DNA from: Candidatus Dormiibacterota bacterium
Lineage (GTDB): Bacteria > Chloroflexota > Dormibacteria > DASZGP01
Reading direction: 5' to 3'
Assembly (NCBI GenBank): GCA_049644325.1
Contig: JBARRR010000041.1
Location: 11,929-75,928, forward strand
Length of the DNA: 64,000 nt
The notes under the pieces are model-generated. The model made no database searches and was not told where the DNA came from. It was given only the letters and a program-made list of their open reading frames with translations. Numbering within the stretch: the stretch's first letter is position 1; every line of letters begins with the position of its first letter. The position numbers were made by a program, and so were the translations under genes. Positions 28,779 through 37,559 of the stretch are shown here, piece by piece.

Positions 28779-30230
28779 ATGTCTGCGCCTCGGATCGTCG
28801 TCCTGGGGGCAGGCCCTGCGGGCCTGGCCACCGCCCTGGCGTTGGCGCGTCGGGGTCGCGCGGTAACGGTTCTTGATCGAGATCCCGACCAGCCTCTCGA
28901 CAACCCGGCAGATGCCTATGACACCTGGCACCGGCCAAGTGTCCCTCAGAGTCCTCTGCCTCATAGCCTCCTGGGACGAACACGGAGATCGCTCAGGCAG
29001 CACGCTCCAGATGTGCTCGACGGCATCCTGGCCGTCGGCGCTTGGGAGAACGACCTCGGGGCACGGCTCCTCAAGGAGGCGGCGCGCCCAGGCGACGAGG
29101 ACCTCGTCGCGCTGCATTGCCGGCGTCCGGTCTTCGAGGCGGTGCTCCGGCGGGCCGTCGCCCAGGAGCCCCTGGTCACCCTGATCCCCGAAGAGCCAGC
29201 GGTTGGGCTTGAGCTGCGGGGCTCCGGCGCGGCCAGGGTGACCGGCGTCAAGCTTGCCGACACGACCCTTGCAGCCGATGTTGTGGTTGACGCTTCGGGC
29301 CGTCGTAGCGCGGTCCCAAAGTGGCTGGAGGAGGCTGGGGTGGACCTCCCGCCCACGCGGTCGGAGCCGTGTGCCGTCGTCTACTACTGTCGCTACTTCC
29401 GGCTTGTCGACGGCGCCAACTACCCCGAGTGGACCGGCGTGCTGGGTCCGGCTGGAACCACGGACTGGGCGCGCTTCAGCGTCTTCTTCGGCGATAACCG
29501 AACCTTTGCGATCATCCTTGGGGTGCTCGCGACCGAGCAGCGTTTCAAGGCCCTCTCCCAGGATGCGGTCTACATGAGGGTCCTGCGGAGTTTCCGATCG
29601 GTCGCGCCTTTTCTGACGGATGACGTTGCCCAACCCACCACCGGGATTCTCCCGATGGGATCCCTGAGCAACGTATACCGTGGTCCACTCTTCGAAGGGC
29701 GTCCTCCGGCGCTGGGGCTCCACTTCGTCGGCGATGCCTACTGCCATACCAATCCTCTCTTCGCGTGGGGACTGTGCCTCGGCCTTGACCACGGCTTCGA
29801 GCTGGGCCGGATCATCGATGAACATGCAGGGGACTCGGAGAGTCAGGGGCTGGCGTTCGCGGCACTGACTGAAGTCGAGGCCGAGCAGTGCTACGAGGCC
29901 GTCGCCGAAGAGGACCACGACCGGACGCTCACCTGGAACGGCCAGCAACCAACGGGGCCGTGGTTGGGCCGTACCTTCGCCGGGTTCGTGCGGCAATGCG
30001 TGCTGCCCGCCGTGATGATCGACGCTGAGGTGGCTCGGTGCACGCTACGTCGAGTTAACCTGCTGGATCTACCGACCGAGCTCGCTGGTCGCGACGATGT
30101 CATCCGTCGCGTGACGGACCTCCAGGACGCCATTCCGCGGCCCCCGGATGGCGCATTCCCGAATCGTCAGGAAGTTCTTGAGCTGATCCAAGTATCCGAA
30201 AGCGCCCGTCGCCAAGGTCAGCTGACCTGA
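28779..30230 (+). CDS. FAD-dependent oxidoreductase/monooxygenase (geranylgeranyl-reductase/hydroxylase-like)
   Basis: 'IVVLGAGPAGLATALALARRGRAVTVLDRD' FAD-binding fingerprint and a 'DASG' motif. It ends 20 nt before att repeat 3. Confidence 0.7.
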   Translation: MSAPRIVVLGAGPAGLATALALARRGRAVTVLDRDPDQPLDNPADAYDTWHRPSVPQSPLPHSLLGRTRRSLRQHAPDVLDGILAVGAWENDLGARLLKEAARPGDEDLVALHCRRPVFEAVLRRAVAQEPLVTLIPEEPAVGLELRGSGAARVTGVKLADTTLAADVVVDASGRRSAVPKWLEEAGVDLPPTRSEPCAVVYYCRYFRLVDGANYPEWTGVLGPAGTTDWARFSVFFGDNRTFAIILGVLATEQRFKALSQDAVYMRVLRSFRSVAPFLTDDVAQPTTGILPMGSLSNVYRGPLFEGRPPALGLHFVGDAYCHTNPLFAWGLCLGLDHGFELGRIIDEHAGDSESQGLAFAALTEVEAEQCYEAVAEEDHDRTLTWNGQQPTGPWLGRTFAGFVRQCVLPAVMIDAEVARCTLRRVNLLDLPTELAGRDDVIRRVTDLQDAIPRPPDGAFPNRQEVLELIQVSESARRQGQLT

Positions 30231-30250
30231 GGCTGATGTTTCGCAACCAC

Positions 30251-30274
30251 AGGTTCGAATCTCTCCCGCATCCG
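30251..30274 (+). repeat. direct repeat 3 of tRNA-Ser 3' end (degenerate, oldest)
   Basis: 'aggttcgaatctctcccgcatccg' has about 4 differences from the tRNA end. It is followed by a 'caaccaaagctggttg' palindrome. Confidence 0.6.
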
Positions 30275-30332
30275 TTCGCCATAGACTACGGTCGCAACCA
30301 AAGCTGGTTGTGGCAGGCTGGGAGTTGATCGA

Positions 30333-30707
30333 ATGATGAAGACCTCGATGGTAGTCGCCACGATCCCCGTGACCGACCTTGACCGAGCCAAGCGCTTCTA
30401 TCAGGAGACGCTCGGTCTGGAGCTCCTTTGGGAGAGCCCGGCATCAGTTCGTTTTGGGTGCGGCGGCGGGACCGAACTCTCGATCTTCCGGCGCGGCCCG
30501 AGCACCGCCGATCACACCCTCGCCCACTTCGAGGTGGCGGATCTCGAGGCGCTTATTCGCGACCTTGAGAAGAACGGCGTCGAGTTCATCGACTATGCGG
30601 ATGGACCGTTGCAGACCACCGATCACATCGCACGGATCGGTCCGGCCCGGGGGGCGTGGTTCCGTGACCCGGACGGGAACACTTTGGGGCTTCGCCAGGC
30701 AGACTAG
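30333..30707 (+). CDS. VOC/glyoxalase-bleomycin resistance family protein
   Basis: 124 aa. 'RAKRFYQETLGLEL' and 'RDPDGNTLGL' are typical of the VOC fold. Confidence 0.75.
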   Translation: MMKTSMVVATIPVTDLDRAKRFYQETLGLELLWESPASVRFGCGGGTELSIFRRGPSTADHTLAHFEVADLEALIRDLEKNGVEFIDYADGPLQTTDHIARIGPARGAWFRDPDGNTLGLRQAD

Positions 30708-30761
30708 CCGTCGCGGGTTCGATGAGCCGCGCTGCCACAATGCGACGACAGGAGGAGTGCC

Positions 30762-31997
30762 ATGCGCAGGACCACGGTGGATGTCGCGATCGTCGGCGCC
30801 GGCCAGGCCGGGCTGTCGCTGAGCCATGAGCTAACCCGCGCTGGGGTGGAGCACGTTGTCCTCGAACGAGGCCAGGTGGGGGAGAGCTGGCGACGCCGCT
30901 GGGACAGCTTCCGACTGGTGGTCCCCAACTGGAGCGTCAAGCTTCCCGGCGGGGCCTACGAGGGGGATGAGCCGGATGGATACATGGCCAAGGCCGAAAT
31001 CGTCGATCACCTCGGCCGCTACGCCAACAGCTTCCGCGCCCCGGTGCGGGCGGGGGTGGAGGTCGGCGCGGTTACGCCGGGAGAGAAGGGCGGCTTCACC
31101 CTTGCGACCTCAGGCGGCGACATCGGCGCTAAGGACGTGGTCCTGGCATCCGGGGGTTACCAGCGGGCGCACCGGCCGGCGGTCGCGGGCCAGCTGCCGC
31201 ATGAGTCGCTCCTGGTGATCGACGCGGAGCACTACACCAACCCGGGCGCGCTGCCCGCCGGTGACGTCATGGTGGTGGGCAGCGGTCAGACCGGCTGCCA
31301 GCTGGCCGAGGAGTGCTTCGAGGCGGGGCGCAAGGTGTATCTTGCCTGTGGTCGAGCCCCATGGATGCCACGTCGGATCGAGGGTCGCGACGCCGTGGGC
31401 TGGATCCTCGACACCGGCTTCTACGAGGCTCGGCTCGCCGACCTCCCCAGCCCAGGCGTCCGTTACCTCTCCAATCCCCAGTTCACCGGGCACGGCGGCG
31501 GGCGCGATCTCAACTACCGCACACTGCAGACCCTTGGGGTCACGCTGGTCGGACGGTTCATCGGCACCGAGGACGGACGCGCGCACTTCGCCTCCGACCT
31601 CCAGGAATCGGTGGCCTTTGGAGACGCCCGCTACTCGGACCTGAGGGACCTGATAACCGCGAACTCACTGGCACGGTCGGTGCCCGCGCCGACGATGCCG
31701 GATCCGCCAACCTTCGAGGCCAATCCTCCCAGCAGCATCGAGCTGCGCAACCTGGGCGCGGTGATCTTCACCACAGGGTTTCGACCCGACTACTCAAGCT
31801 GGGTGCAGCCCTCCAACGCCTTCGACGAAGCCGGGTTCCCGATCCAGGTCGATGGCTCGAGCACGGTTGTTCCTGGCCTGCACTTCATGGGGGTGCATTT
31901 TCAGCGTAAACGCAAATCGGCAACCCTCTTCGGAGTCGCCGAGGATGCTGCCGTCCTGGCCGAACACCTAACCTCGCCTAGGAGGCCAGGCGGCTGA
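30762..31997 (+). CDS. flavin-containing monooxygenase-like NAD(P)/FAD oxidoreductase (CzcO-like)
   Basis: Two dinucleotide-binding motifs ('VAIVGAGQAGLS', 'VMVVGSGQTGCQ'). Confidence 0.7.
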   Translation: MRRTTVDVAIVGAGQAGLSLSHELTRAGVEHVVLERGQVGESWRRRWDSFRLVVPNWSVKLPGGAYEGDEPDGYMAKAEIVDHLGRYANSFRAPVRAGVEVGAVTPGEKGGFTLATSGGDIGAKDVVLASGGYQRAHRPAVAGQLPHESLLVIDAEHYTNPGALPAGDVMVVGSGQTGCQLAEECFEAGRKVYLACGRAPWMPRRIEGRDAVGWILDTGFYEARLADLPSPGVRYLSNPQFTGHGGGRDLNYRTLQTLGVTLVGRFIGTEDGRAHFASDLQESVAFGDARYSDLRDLITANSLARSVPAPTMPDPPTFEANPPSSIELRNLGAVIFTTGFRPDYSSWVQPSNAFDEAGFPIQVDGSSTVVPGLHFMGVHFQRKRKSATLFGVAEDAAVLAEHLTSPRRPGG

Positions 31998-32418
31998 ACC
32001 ATGGCCGGCGGCGCCGGTGCTGTTCGACCAGCATCTCCCTTCCCTCCAGGAAGCCGGCACGGATTTCGCTGTTGGCCGCCTCCAGCAGGACCGGGAAGTG
32101 GTTCTCGTGGCCTCGCCACCTCGCGAGCTCTCGACAGGCCGGCAGCTCCTGGGGCAGGAAGGCCGAAAGGGCAACTGCCAACGTTCCCTGGTGCTCCCAC
32201 GGGTCCAACGATGAATCGGGTGAGTTCACCGCTACATCCATACGAACCCAGGCCTGGGCGACCTCCTGCAGGGCGCGCAGGCGTTGGTGGAGCTGGTTGC
32301 TGCGGCTGACCGACCTCGCCTCCCGAACCGTCAGGTAGCCCATGCCAACTGCAAGCAGGCCGGCGACCGCGGCAATGGCCGCGGCGACGGTCGAGACAGC
32401 GAGCAGTGCGTGATCCAT
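31978..32418 (-). CDS. hypothetical membrane-anchored protein
   Basis: 146 aa with an N-terminal TM helix. It overlaps the 3' end of the FMO-like gene by 20 nt, so the call is uncertain. Confidence 0.35.
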   Translation of the reverse strand: MDHALLAVSTVAAAIAAVAGLLAVGMGYLTVREARSVSRSNQLHQRLRALQEVAQAWVRMDVAVNSPDSSLDPWEHQGTLAVALSAFLPQELPACRELARWRGHENHFPVLLEAANSEIRAGFLEGREMLVEQHRRRRPWFSRLAS

Positions 32419-32589
32419 CGGTTAGCAACGGTAGTGTGAAGGGCAATCCTTAGCAAATCGCCGTAACGCTCGTAACAACTCCGATAACACGAAGACACTT
32501 ACCTTCCGCGAGCTGACACCACCAGCGCCCCCCGGGCGTGCCAGACTCCGGACATGACGAGGGGACACGATTGAGCGGGGCGGGGGACC

Positions 32590-32967
32590 GTGGCTGACAT
32601 CAAGCGCTCCATGGAGACCTATACCCAAGCGTGGAACACCTCCGACCGCGATGAGTGCGTGCGGTTGCTCAATCAGTCCTGGGTCAGCCATGGCGAATTC
32701 CTGAATGCCATGCTGGACGCGCCGTTGGTCGGCGCCGAGCCACTGGCCACCTATATCGACCAGACCAACGCCCAATTTCCCGGTCACCGGACCGTCCTTG
32801 CCGGGGAGATCGTGGAGCACAACTCCTGTGCGCTCGTCTCGTGGCGGTACGTCGGCCCAGAGGGAATCGTGACCCTCGAGGGACAGAACTACGTTGAGCT
32901 CGACGAAAGCGGGCTGATCCGGCGTGTCGTGCAGTTCTTCCCGGTGACGCTGGCCGCGGATTCCTAG
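32590..32967 (+). CDS. NTF2-like/SnoaL-like small protein (second copy of this fold)
   Basis: 125 aa with an 'ETYTQAWNTSDRDECVRLL' N-terminus. Confidence 0.5.
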   Translation: MADIKRSMETYTQAWNTSDRDECVRLLNQSWVSHGEFLNAMLDAPLVGAEPLATYIDQTNAQFPGHRTVLAGEIVEHNSCALVSWRYVGPEGIVTLEGQNYVELDESGLIRRVVQFFPVTLAADS

Positions 32968-33333
32968 CCCAGGTAATAACCGGCGAAGGCGCGATCTGAG
33001 ATCGGCGCCTGCTATGCTTGACACGTCGCGGGCCAGAGGTCCGCTTGCGTCTCCAACGTTCCTTGAGCCCGGCCCATCGGCCGGTGGTCGTTCGGTCGCG
33101 ATTTCGAACTAACTCAAGGATGGAGATAGCTACATGACAGAACCACTCGAAGCTCAAGGCTTCCACGTGTCCGCAGTCGCGGGGACAACGACGCCAGGGC
33201 TCGGTTCGCATTCTTCTGCCCAGTTCGGGAGCACTGTGCCCCCGCTGGTCGCCGCCCCTGCGGGGCGGCCCGCAACCCATCGAGCTCGCGCCCTGAAGGC
33301 CGTCAGCTCCTATCCAACCATGGAGGTACCCCA

Positions 33334-33639
33334 GTGAGTTTCCAGGACCGAACCCTAACCTGTCGCGATTGCGGCCAACAGTTCACATTCACCAGCGGCG
33401 AGCAGGATTTCTACGCCTCACGCGGCCTGACCAATGACCCCAGCCGTTGCCCGGACTGCCGGGCGATCCGGCGCGGCCAGAGTGGTGGCGGTGGCGGTGG
33501 CGGCCGTACGCGCGAGATGTTCGACGTCGTTTGCAGCAACTGCGGCAAGGACACCCAGGTGCCCTTCCAGCCGACCTCGGGCCGGCCGGTGTACTGCAGC
33601 GACTGCTTTGCCCAGCAGCCCCGGAACAGCTACCGCTAG
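33334..33639 (+). CDS. four-CxxC zinc-ribbon protein (paralog A)
   Basis: CRDCG...CPDCR...CSNCG...CSDCF. A GGAGG Shine-Dalgarno sits 8 nt upstream of the GTG start. An internal (GGT GGC)n poly-Gly linker is present. Confidence 0.6.
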   Translation: MSFQDRTLTCRDCGQQFTFTSGEQDFYASRGLTNDPSRCPDCRAIRRGQSGGGGGGGRTREMFDVVCSNCGKDTQVPFQPTSGRPVYCSDCFAQQPRNSYR

Positions 33640-33642
33640 CCC

Positions 33643-33930
33643 GTGGCCAGTCGCGGAGTCGACGAAGTCCTGATGCCAGGCCAGGTCGCAGCCCTGCAGA
33701 AACGCATCGAGGTGCTGGTCCCCGACCGGGAGCGGCGTCTGCGCGACCTCCAGGCTGCAACTGAGGAGGCGGCCTCGATCTCGAAGGCGGGGGGTGACTC
33801 CCGCGGGGCGGAGCGTGCCCTCAAGCGCGCCGCACGGCTGCGCTCGGAGGCGGCTGCCATCACCAATGAGATGGCCACACTGGAGAGCCTGGTCGCCGCG
33901 CGACTGGCGCAATCGCCAAGACCGTACTGA
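33643..33930 (+). CDS. hypothetical coiled-coil protein
   Basis: 95-aa ORF located 4 nt after the zinc-ribbon gene. Confidence 0.35.
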   Translation: MASRGVDEVLMPGQVAALQKRIEVLVPDRERRLRDLQAATEEAASISKAGGDSRGAERALKRAARLRSEAAAITNEMATLESLVAARLAQSPRPY

Positions 33931-33992
33931 TCTCTCGCGGGGAGGCGGCTAGCATGCCGCTTCCCGCAGCGCGATCCCAGCGGGCGTAGCTA

Positions 33993-35072
33993 TCAGGATC
34001 TGATGGTTGCCGGGAGCCCGAGGAAGCCCCCGTAACGCCCTACCGCTGCCGCCAGGGCCCTCTTCTCAGGTGCCTTGAGCGCTCGGTAGGTGAAGGTATC
34101 GATGGTCACCGCGGCGTTCTCGACGGTGTGCCTCCAATGGCCGACCAGGTGTCCGTCGATGAGGATGGCATGGAAGTACGGCATCTCCGCGAAAGGCAAG
34201 GGTCCGTCGCTGCCGGCCTCGTGGAGGACGTCGCGGCTATCGCTGTAGCCCATGACGTACTCGTCATAGATCTGAACCATGTCGACCACCGGGGAGGGCG
34301 GATCAGCAGGTCGCGCCGAAGGCGCGAACCAGTAGGTGCGGCCCTCGACCACCTCTTGCTCGAGCTCCGCCTTGACCATCTCCAGGCCACGCCGCCCCTC
34401 GGCCGCGGTCAGGCTCGACCATCCCAGGTAGTCCTTGAGCGTCGCCGGGCCCCGGCTCACGAAGTACCGACGCGTGAGCTCGGCCAGGGCCACGTCTCGA
34501 TCCAGGCTCATCGCCCGGGGCGCGCGTTCGGCCAGGAGCGCGTAGGTCTGCTGCTTGCCGCGCATCGCGCCGCTGCAGATGACGGCGTTCAGCTCGGCGT
34601 TTATCAGGATGTAGCCGAGGCGCACCCCGGAGGCGACGATGCCGGCTCTGCCGAGGACGGCGCCCACCTCCTTGCGCGTCAGGTGCTGTCCACCGGCGAG
34701 CGCTCTGGCGATCAGCTTCGCCGACCTGTTGAGCAATGCCCGATCCAGCTCGGTCTGCCGGTACATGTAGGTGTTCAGAGCATGCACCCGGGGTGCCGTA
34801 ACCTCCAGCATCCACCGAATGTCGCCGGCCGTCACGAAATGCCACGTCGGGCGAAGCAGATGGGTCCGCAGGATACGGCCATCGCCGAGTGCGTCGTCGA
34901 TGGTGGCCACGCCGGGGTCGCCCGAGCGCTGCGCCAGCGACCACTTGGCGTACTGAAATTCCTGCGCTTGCATCGCCCCCAGCCGGCGCAGGGCCTCCTC
35001 CGGTCGTGCGCTGGGCACCCCCCAGAGGCCCTGGTTGTGGAGACGCCGCGACGCGATCTCAAGGCGGTTCAT
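33993..35072 (-). CDS. winged-helix DNA glycosylase-like protein (YcaQ/DUF1006 family)
   Basis: 'RLHNQGL...FQYAKWSLAQR...LRTHLLRPTWHFV' resembles the YcaQ family. The start is taken at Met 'MNRLEIAS'. Confidence 0.65.
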   Translation of the reverse strand: MNRLEIASRRLHNQGLWGVPSARPEEALRRLGAMQAQEFQYAKWSLAQRSGDPGVATIDDALGDGRILRTHLLRPTWHFVTAGDIRWMLEVTAPRVHALNTYMYRQTELDRALLNRSAKLIARALAGGQHLTRKEVGAVLGRAGIVASGVRLGYILINAELNAVICSGAMRGKQQTYALLAERAPRAMSLDRDVALAELTRRYFVSRGPATLKDYLGWSSLTAAEGRRGLEMVKAELEQEVVEGRTYWFAPSARPADPPSPVVDMVQIYDEYVMGYSDSRDVLHEAGSDGPLPFAEMPYFHAILIDGHLVGHWRHTVENAAVTIDTFTYRALKAPEKRALAAAVGRYGGFLGLPATIRS

Positions 35073-35397
35073 CGAGCAGAAGGTACCTTGGCGGAAGGTC
35101 CGCCAACAGTTCTTTGCATTTCTGCATTGCCGTGCCCCGGGCCGGGCACGTAGATTAGCGGCAGGAGATGAGGGACCGGGTTGTAATTCGCATTCCATCG
35201 CGCGAGTGGGCGGTTGACGCCATCGACGACCTGCGCTGTGAGGGTTTCGTCGCCACCCTCCTGGAGCCGGAGAGCTGCGACGGTCCCTGGCGCCTGCTGG
35301 TCGAGGGCCCGGCTGAGAAGATCGCCTGCATGCGCCAGGCCGCCCATGGTCCCATCCAGCCCTTCTGCTGGGAGACCTTCGTAAACCAGCCCACCGC

Positions 35398-37506
35398 CTA
35401 GTCCTGGTGGGCGTGGTCCTCGCGGCAGGGCGGGGGCTCGTCTAGGACCCGGACGCGGTCGCAGCGCACAACCGTTGGTGTGAGGCCGGTGGCGCCGCTG
35501 CCCCGCCTCCAGCGGCCCGTCACCTCGATCCATGCCCCCATGTCGACGGCCTCCGCCAGCTTCAGCCGGACGCTCACGGGGGCATCGCCGCTGGCGCAGC
35601 ATGAATGGATCCAGCGCGTCAGCACATGGTCTCCGGATTCGTCGACGGCGGTTACCTGGCCCGCCAGCCGCAGCACCCGGCCGCGCAGCGTGTCGCCGGC
35701 GTGGGAGCGGAAGTTGACCTCGTAGAGCGACATGTCCTCGGGTTCGGGCCGCCCTCGACGCGCCATTCCAGCAGCGGCCAGGGAACCGGCGGCAGCCAGG
35801 CCCGCCGCTGCGGCGGCCGGGCTGACGGCGATCGCCGCGTCGGTGTTGGGCAGGGTCAGCGGACCGGAGGCGGTGGCGCGGATCGCCGGCGGAGGGGCGA
35901 AGAAGGGTGTCGTCCCCGGCGGCACCGACCCGTTGGCCAGGAAGACAGGATTGGTGATCACCTCCATGTCCATGTAGCTGTTGAGGAAGTCATTGGGCAG
36001 GATCACGGTGTTCCCGTTGTGGAGCTCGGCCCGCACGAACCCGCCGGCCGCCCCAACCGGCACGTCGGTCTTGATCGTCTGGTCGTTGGAGGTGATGTTG
36101 AACAGCTGCGGCACGGCGGGAAGAGGGTCGCCGATGTTGCTGTGCAGAAGGTGGAGCGTCATGCTCGCCCCGCCACGGACCACGGCCTCGATGTGAGCCA
36201 CGTCGGTCTGCTCACCGTAGATGGTGCCGCCAACCGCCTGGTGCTGACCGGACGGGCCGCTGGCGGAGAGGTACACGGCGCCGCCGTTGATCACCCGGGT
36301 GATGAAGTTCCGCCCATGCTTGAGCGCGTAGACGATGTCCGCCTTGGAAAGGTTGCTGGCGTAGACGTTGTTGGTGGGCGTGCCCAGGAGGGCGATGCCG
36401 GCGGTTCCCAGCCCGTGGATGTCGGATCCGCCGTTGGCGTAGATCCTGCGGCCCTGCCGCAGGTATGCATCCCACTGGCGCACACTGACGTCGTCGTCGG
36501 GCTGGTAGAGACCACACCAGACCTCCACGCCTGTGGGGTCGACTTTGCCGCTGGGATCGGCGTCGGAGTCGACCCAGAAGTCCCAAATCAGGTTGGCTCC
36601 GTAGGGGTGGGCCGCGGCGACGTAGGCGCCCATGTCCCTGGTGACCTGGATGAACTCGCCGATGCGCGCCTCGTTGGCGCCAAGGGGCACGCCGATCGGG
36701 CGCTGGCGCCAGTCGAGCCACTGGCCGACGTCAATACCGGTGACCGTGGCGTGCCCGTGGGCCCAGTTCGTCATCTCCTCGCCGGCGATCAGCAGCGTGC
36801 CCGACTGGCCCGCGTCGTGGGCCAGGTTGAAGTTCTGGGAGACGACGTTGTGGTCGGTCATGGCGACGAAGTCAAGGCCGCGGGTGGCCGCGTTCATGGC
36901 CCACGCATCGGGGTTCTGGGCGGTGTGCGAGCCCCAGGCATCGCTGCTCTCGGGGGTATGCGCGTGGAGATCGCCCCTGTACCAGGCCGCGCCCGGGCGG
37001 ACCACGCCGAGCTGCGCTGGGCCGGCCACGAAGGCGGCGCCCTGGGGCCCGAATGACAGCGTTATGTCGATGTGCACCGGCGTCGGAACCGCCGCGAGGA
37101 AGACAGGCACAACCACGGTCCACGTGCCTGGAAGGATCGTCCCGGGGATGAACGACTGCGAGGCGCTGCCCGCCGACACGAAGAACTGGCTGCGCTCTTC
37201 TCCATAGATGCCGCGGAACCCCGGCGACTGGTACTGGGCTCCACGATGGTCGAACAACCCGGCCCCGAGCTTGACCACGTTGCTGTTGTTGACGTCGTGG
37301 GTGACCTTGACGTCGATGCGATTGACCTCGGGCGCCATCGGCACTGTGAAGGGGAAGTACAGGTACTGGCCATAGCCCACCGCGGTGCCGTCGAAGTGAA
37401 TGGTTTGCGGCGGAGGCGCCGCCAAGGCAGTGATCGCGTGTGGCGCCATCGCCGCTCCCGCCCCCACTGCGCCGGCGGCCTTGAGGAATTCCCGGCGCGT
37501 CTTCAT
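35398..37506 (-). CDS. Tat-secreted PHP-domain metallohydrolase (CehA/McbA family) with C-terminal extension
   Basis: Tat signal 'RREFLKAAGAVGAGAAMA' and PHP motifs 'GDLHAHT', 'MTDHN', 'AGEEMT..HGHA', 'AAAHP'. A hydrophobic segment precedes an Arg-rich, Cys-containing C-terminal domain of about 120 aa. Confidence 0.7.
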   Translation of the reverse strand: MKTRREFLKAAGAVGAGAAMAPHAITALAAPPPQTIHFDGTAVGYGQYLYFPFTVPMAPEVNRIDVKVTHDVNNSNVVKLGAGLFDHRGAQYQSPGFRGIYGEERSQFFVSAGSASQSFIPGTILPGTWTVVVPVFLAAVPTPVHIDITLSFGPQGAAFVAGPAQLGVVRPGAAWYRGDLHAHTPESSDAWGSHTAQNPDAWAMNAATRGLDFVAMTDHNVVSQNFNLAHDAGQSGTLLIAGEEMTNWAHGHATVTGIDVGQWLDWRQRPIGVPLGANEARIGEFIQVTRDMGAYVAAAHPYGANLIWDFWVDSDADPSGKVDPTGVEVWCGLYQPDDDVSVRQWDAYLRQGRRIYANGGSDIHGLGTAGIALLGTPTNNVYASNLSKADIVYALKHGRNFITRVINGGAVYLSASGPSGQHQAVGGTIYGEQTDVAHIEAVVRGGASMTLHLLHSNIGDPLPAVPQLFNITSNDQTIKTDVPVGAAGGFVRAELHNGNTVILPNDFLNSYMDMEVITNPVFLANGSVPPGTTPFFAPPPAIRATASGPLTLPNTDAAIAVSPAAAAAGLAAAGSLAAAGMARRGRPEPEDMSLYEVNFRSHAGDTLRGRVLRLAGQVTAVDESGDHVLTRWIHSCCASGDAPVSVRLKLAEAVDMGAWIEVTGRWRRGSGATGLTPTVVRCDRVRVLDEPPPCREDHAHQD

Positions 37507-37559
37507 CTGGCCGGATTATCCCACCGCGGATCGGGGCCCAGGCGGGCTACGATACTGCC

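Noticed and set aside
33478-33500. (GGT GGC)3 triplet repeat in zinc-ribbon paralog A as a phase-variation switch
   Set aside because: The repeat is in frame, so length change by whole units only alters a Gly linker. A contingency locus would need too few copies and the wrong period here. It is noted only as a difference between the paralogs.
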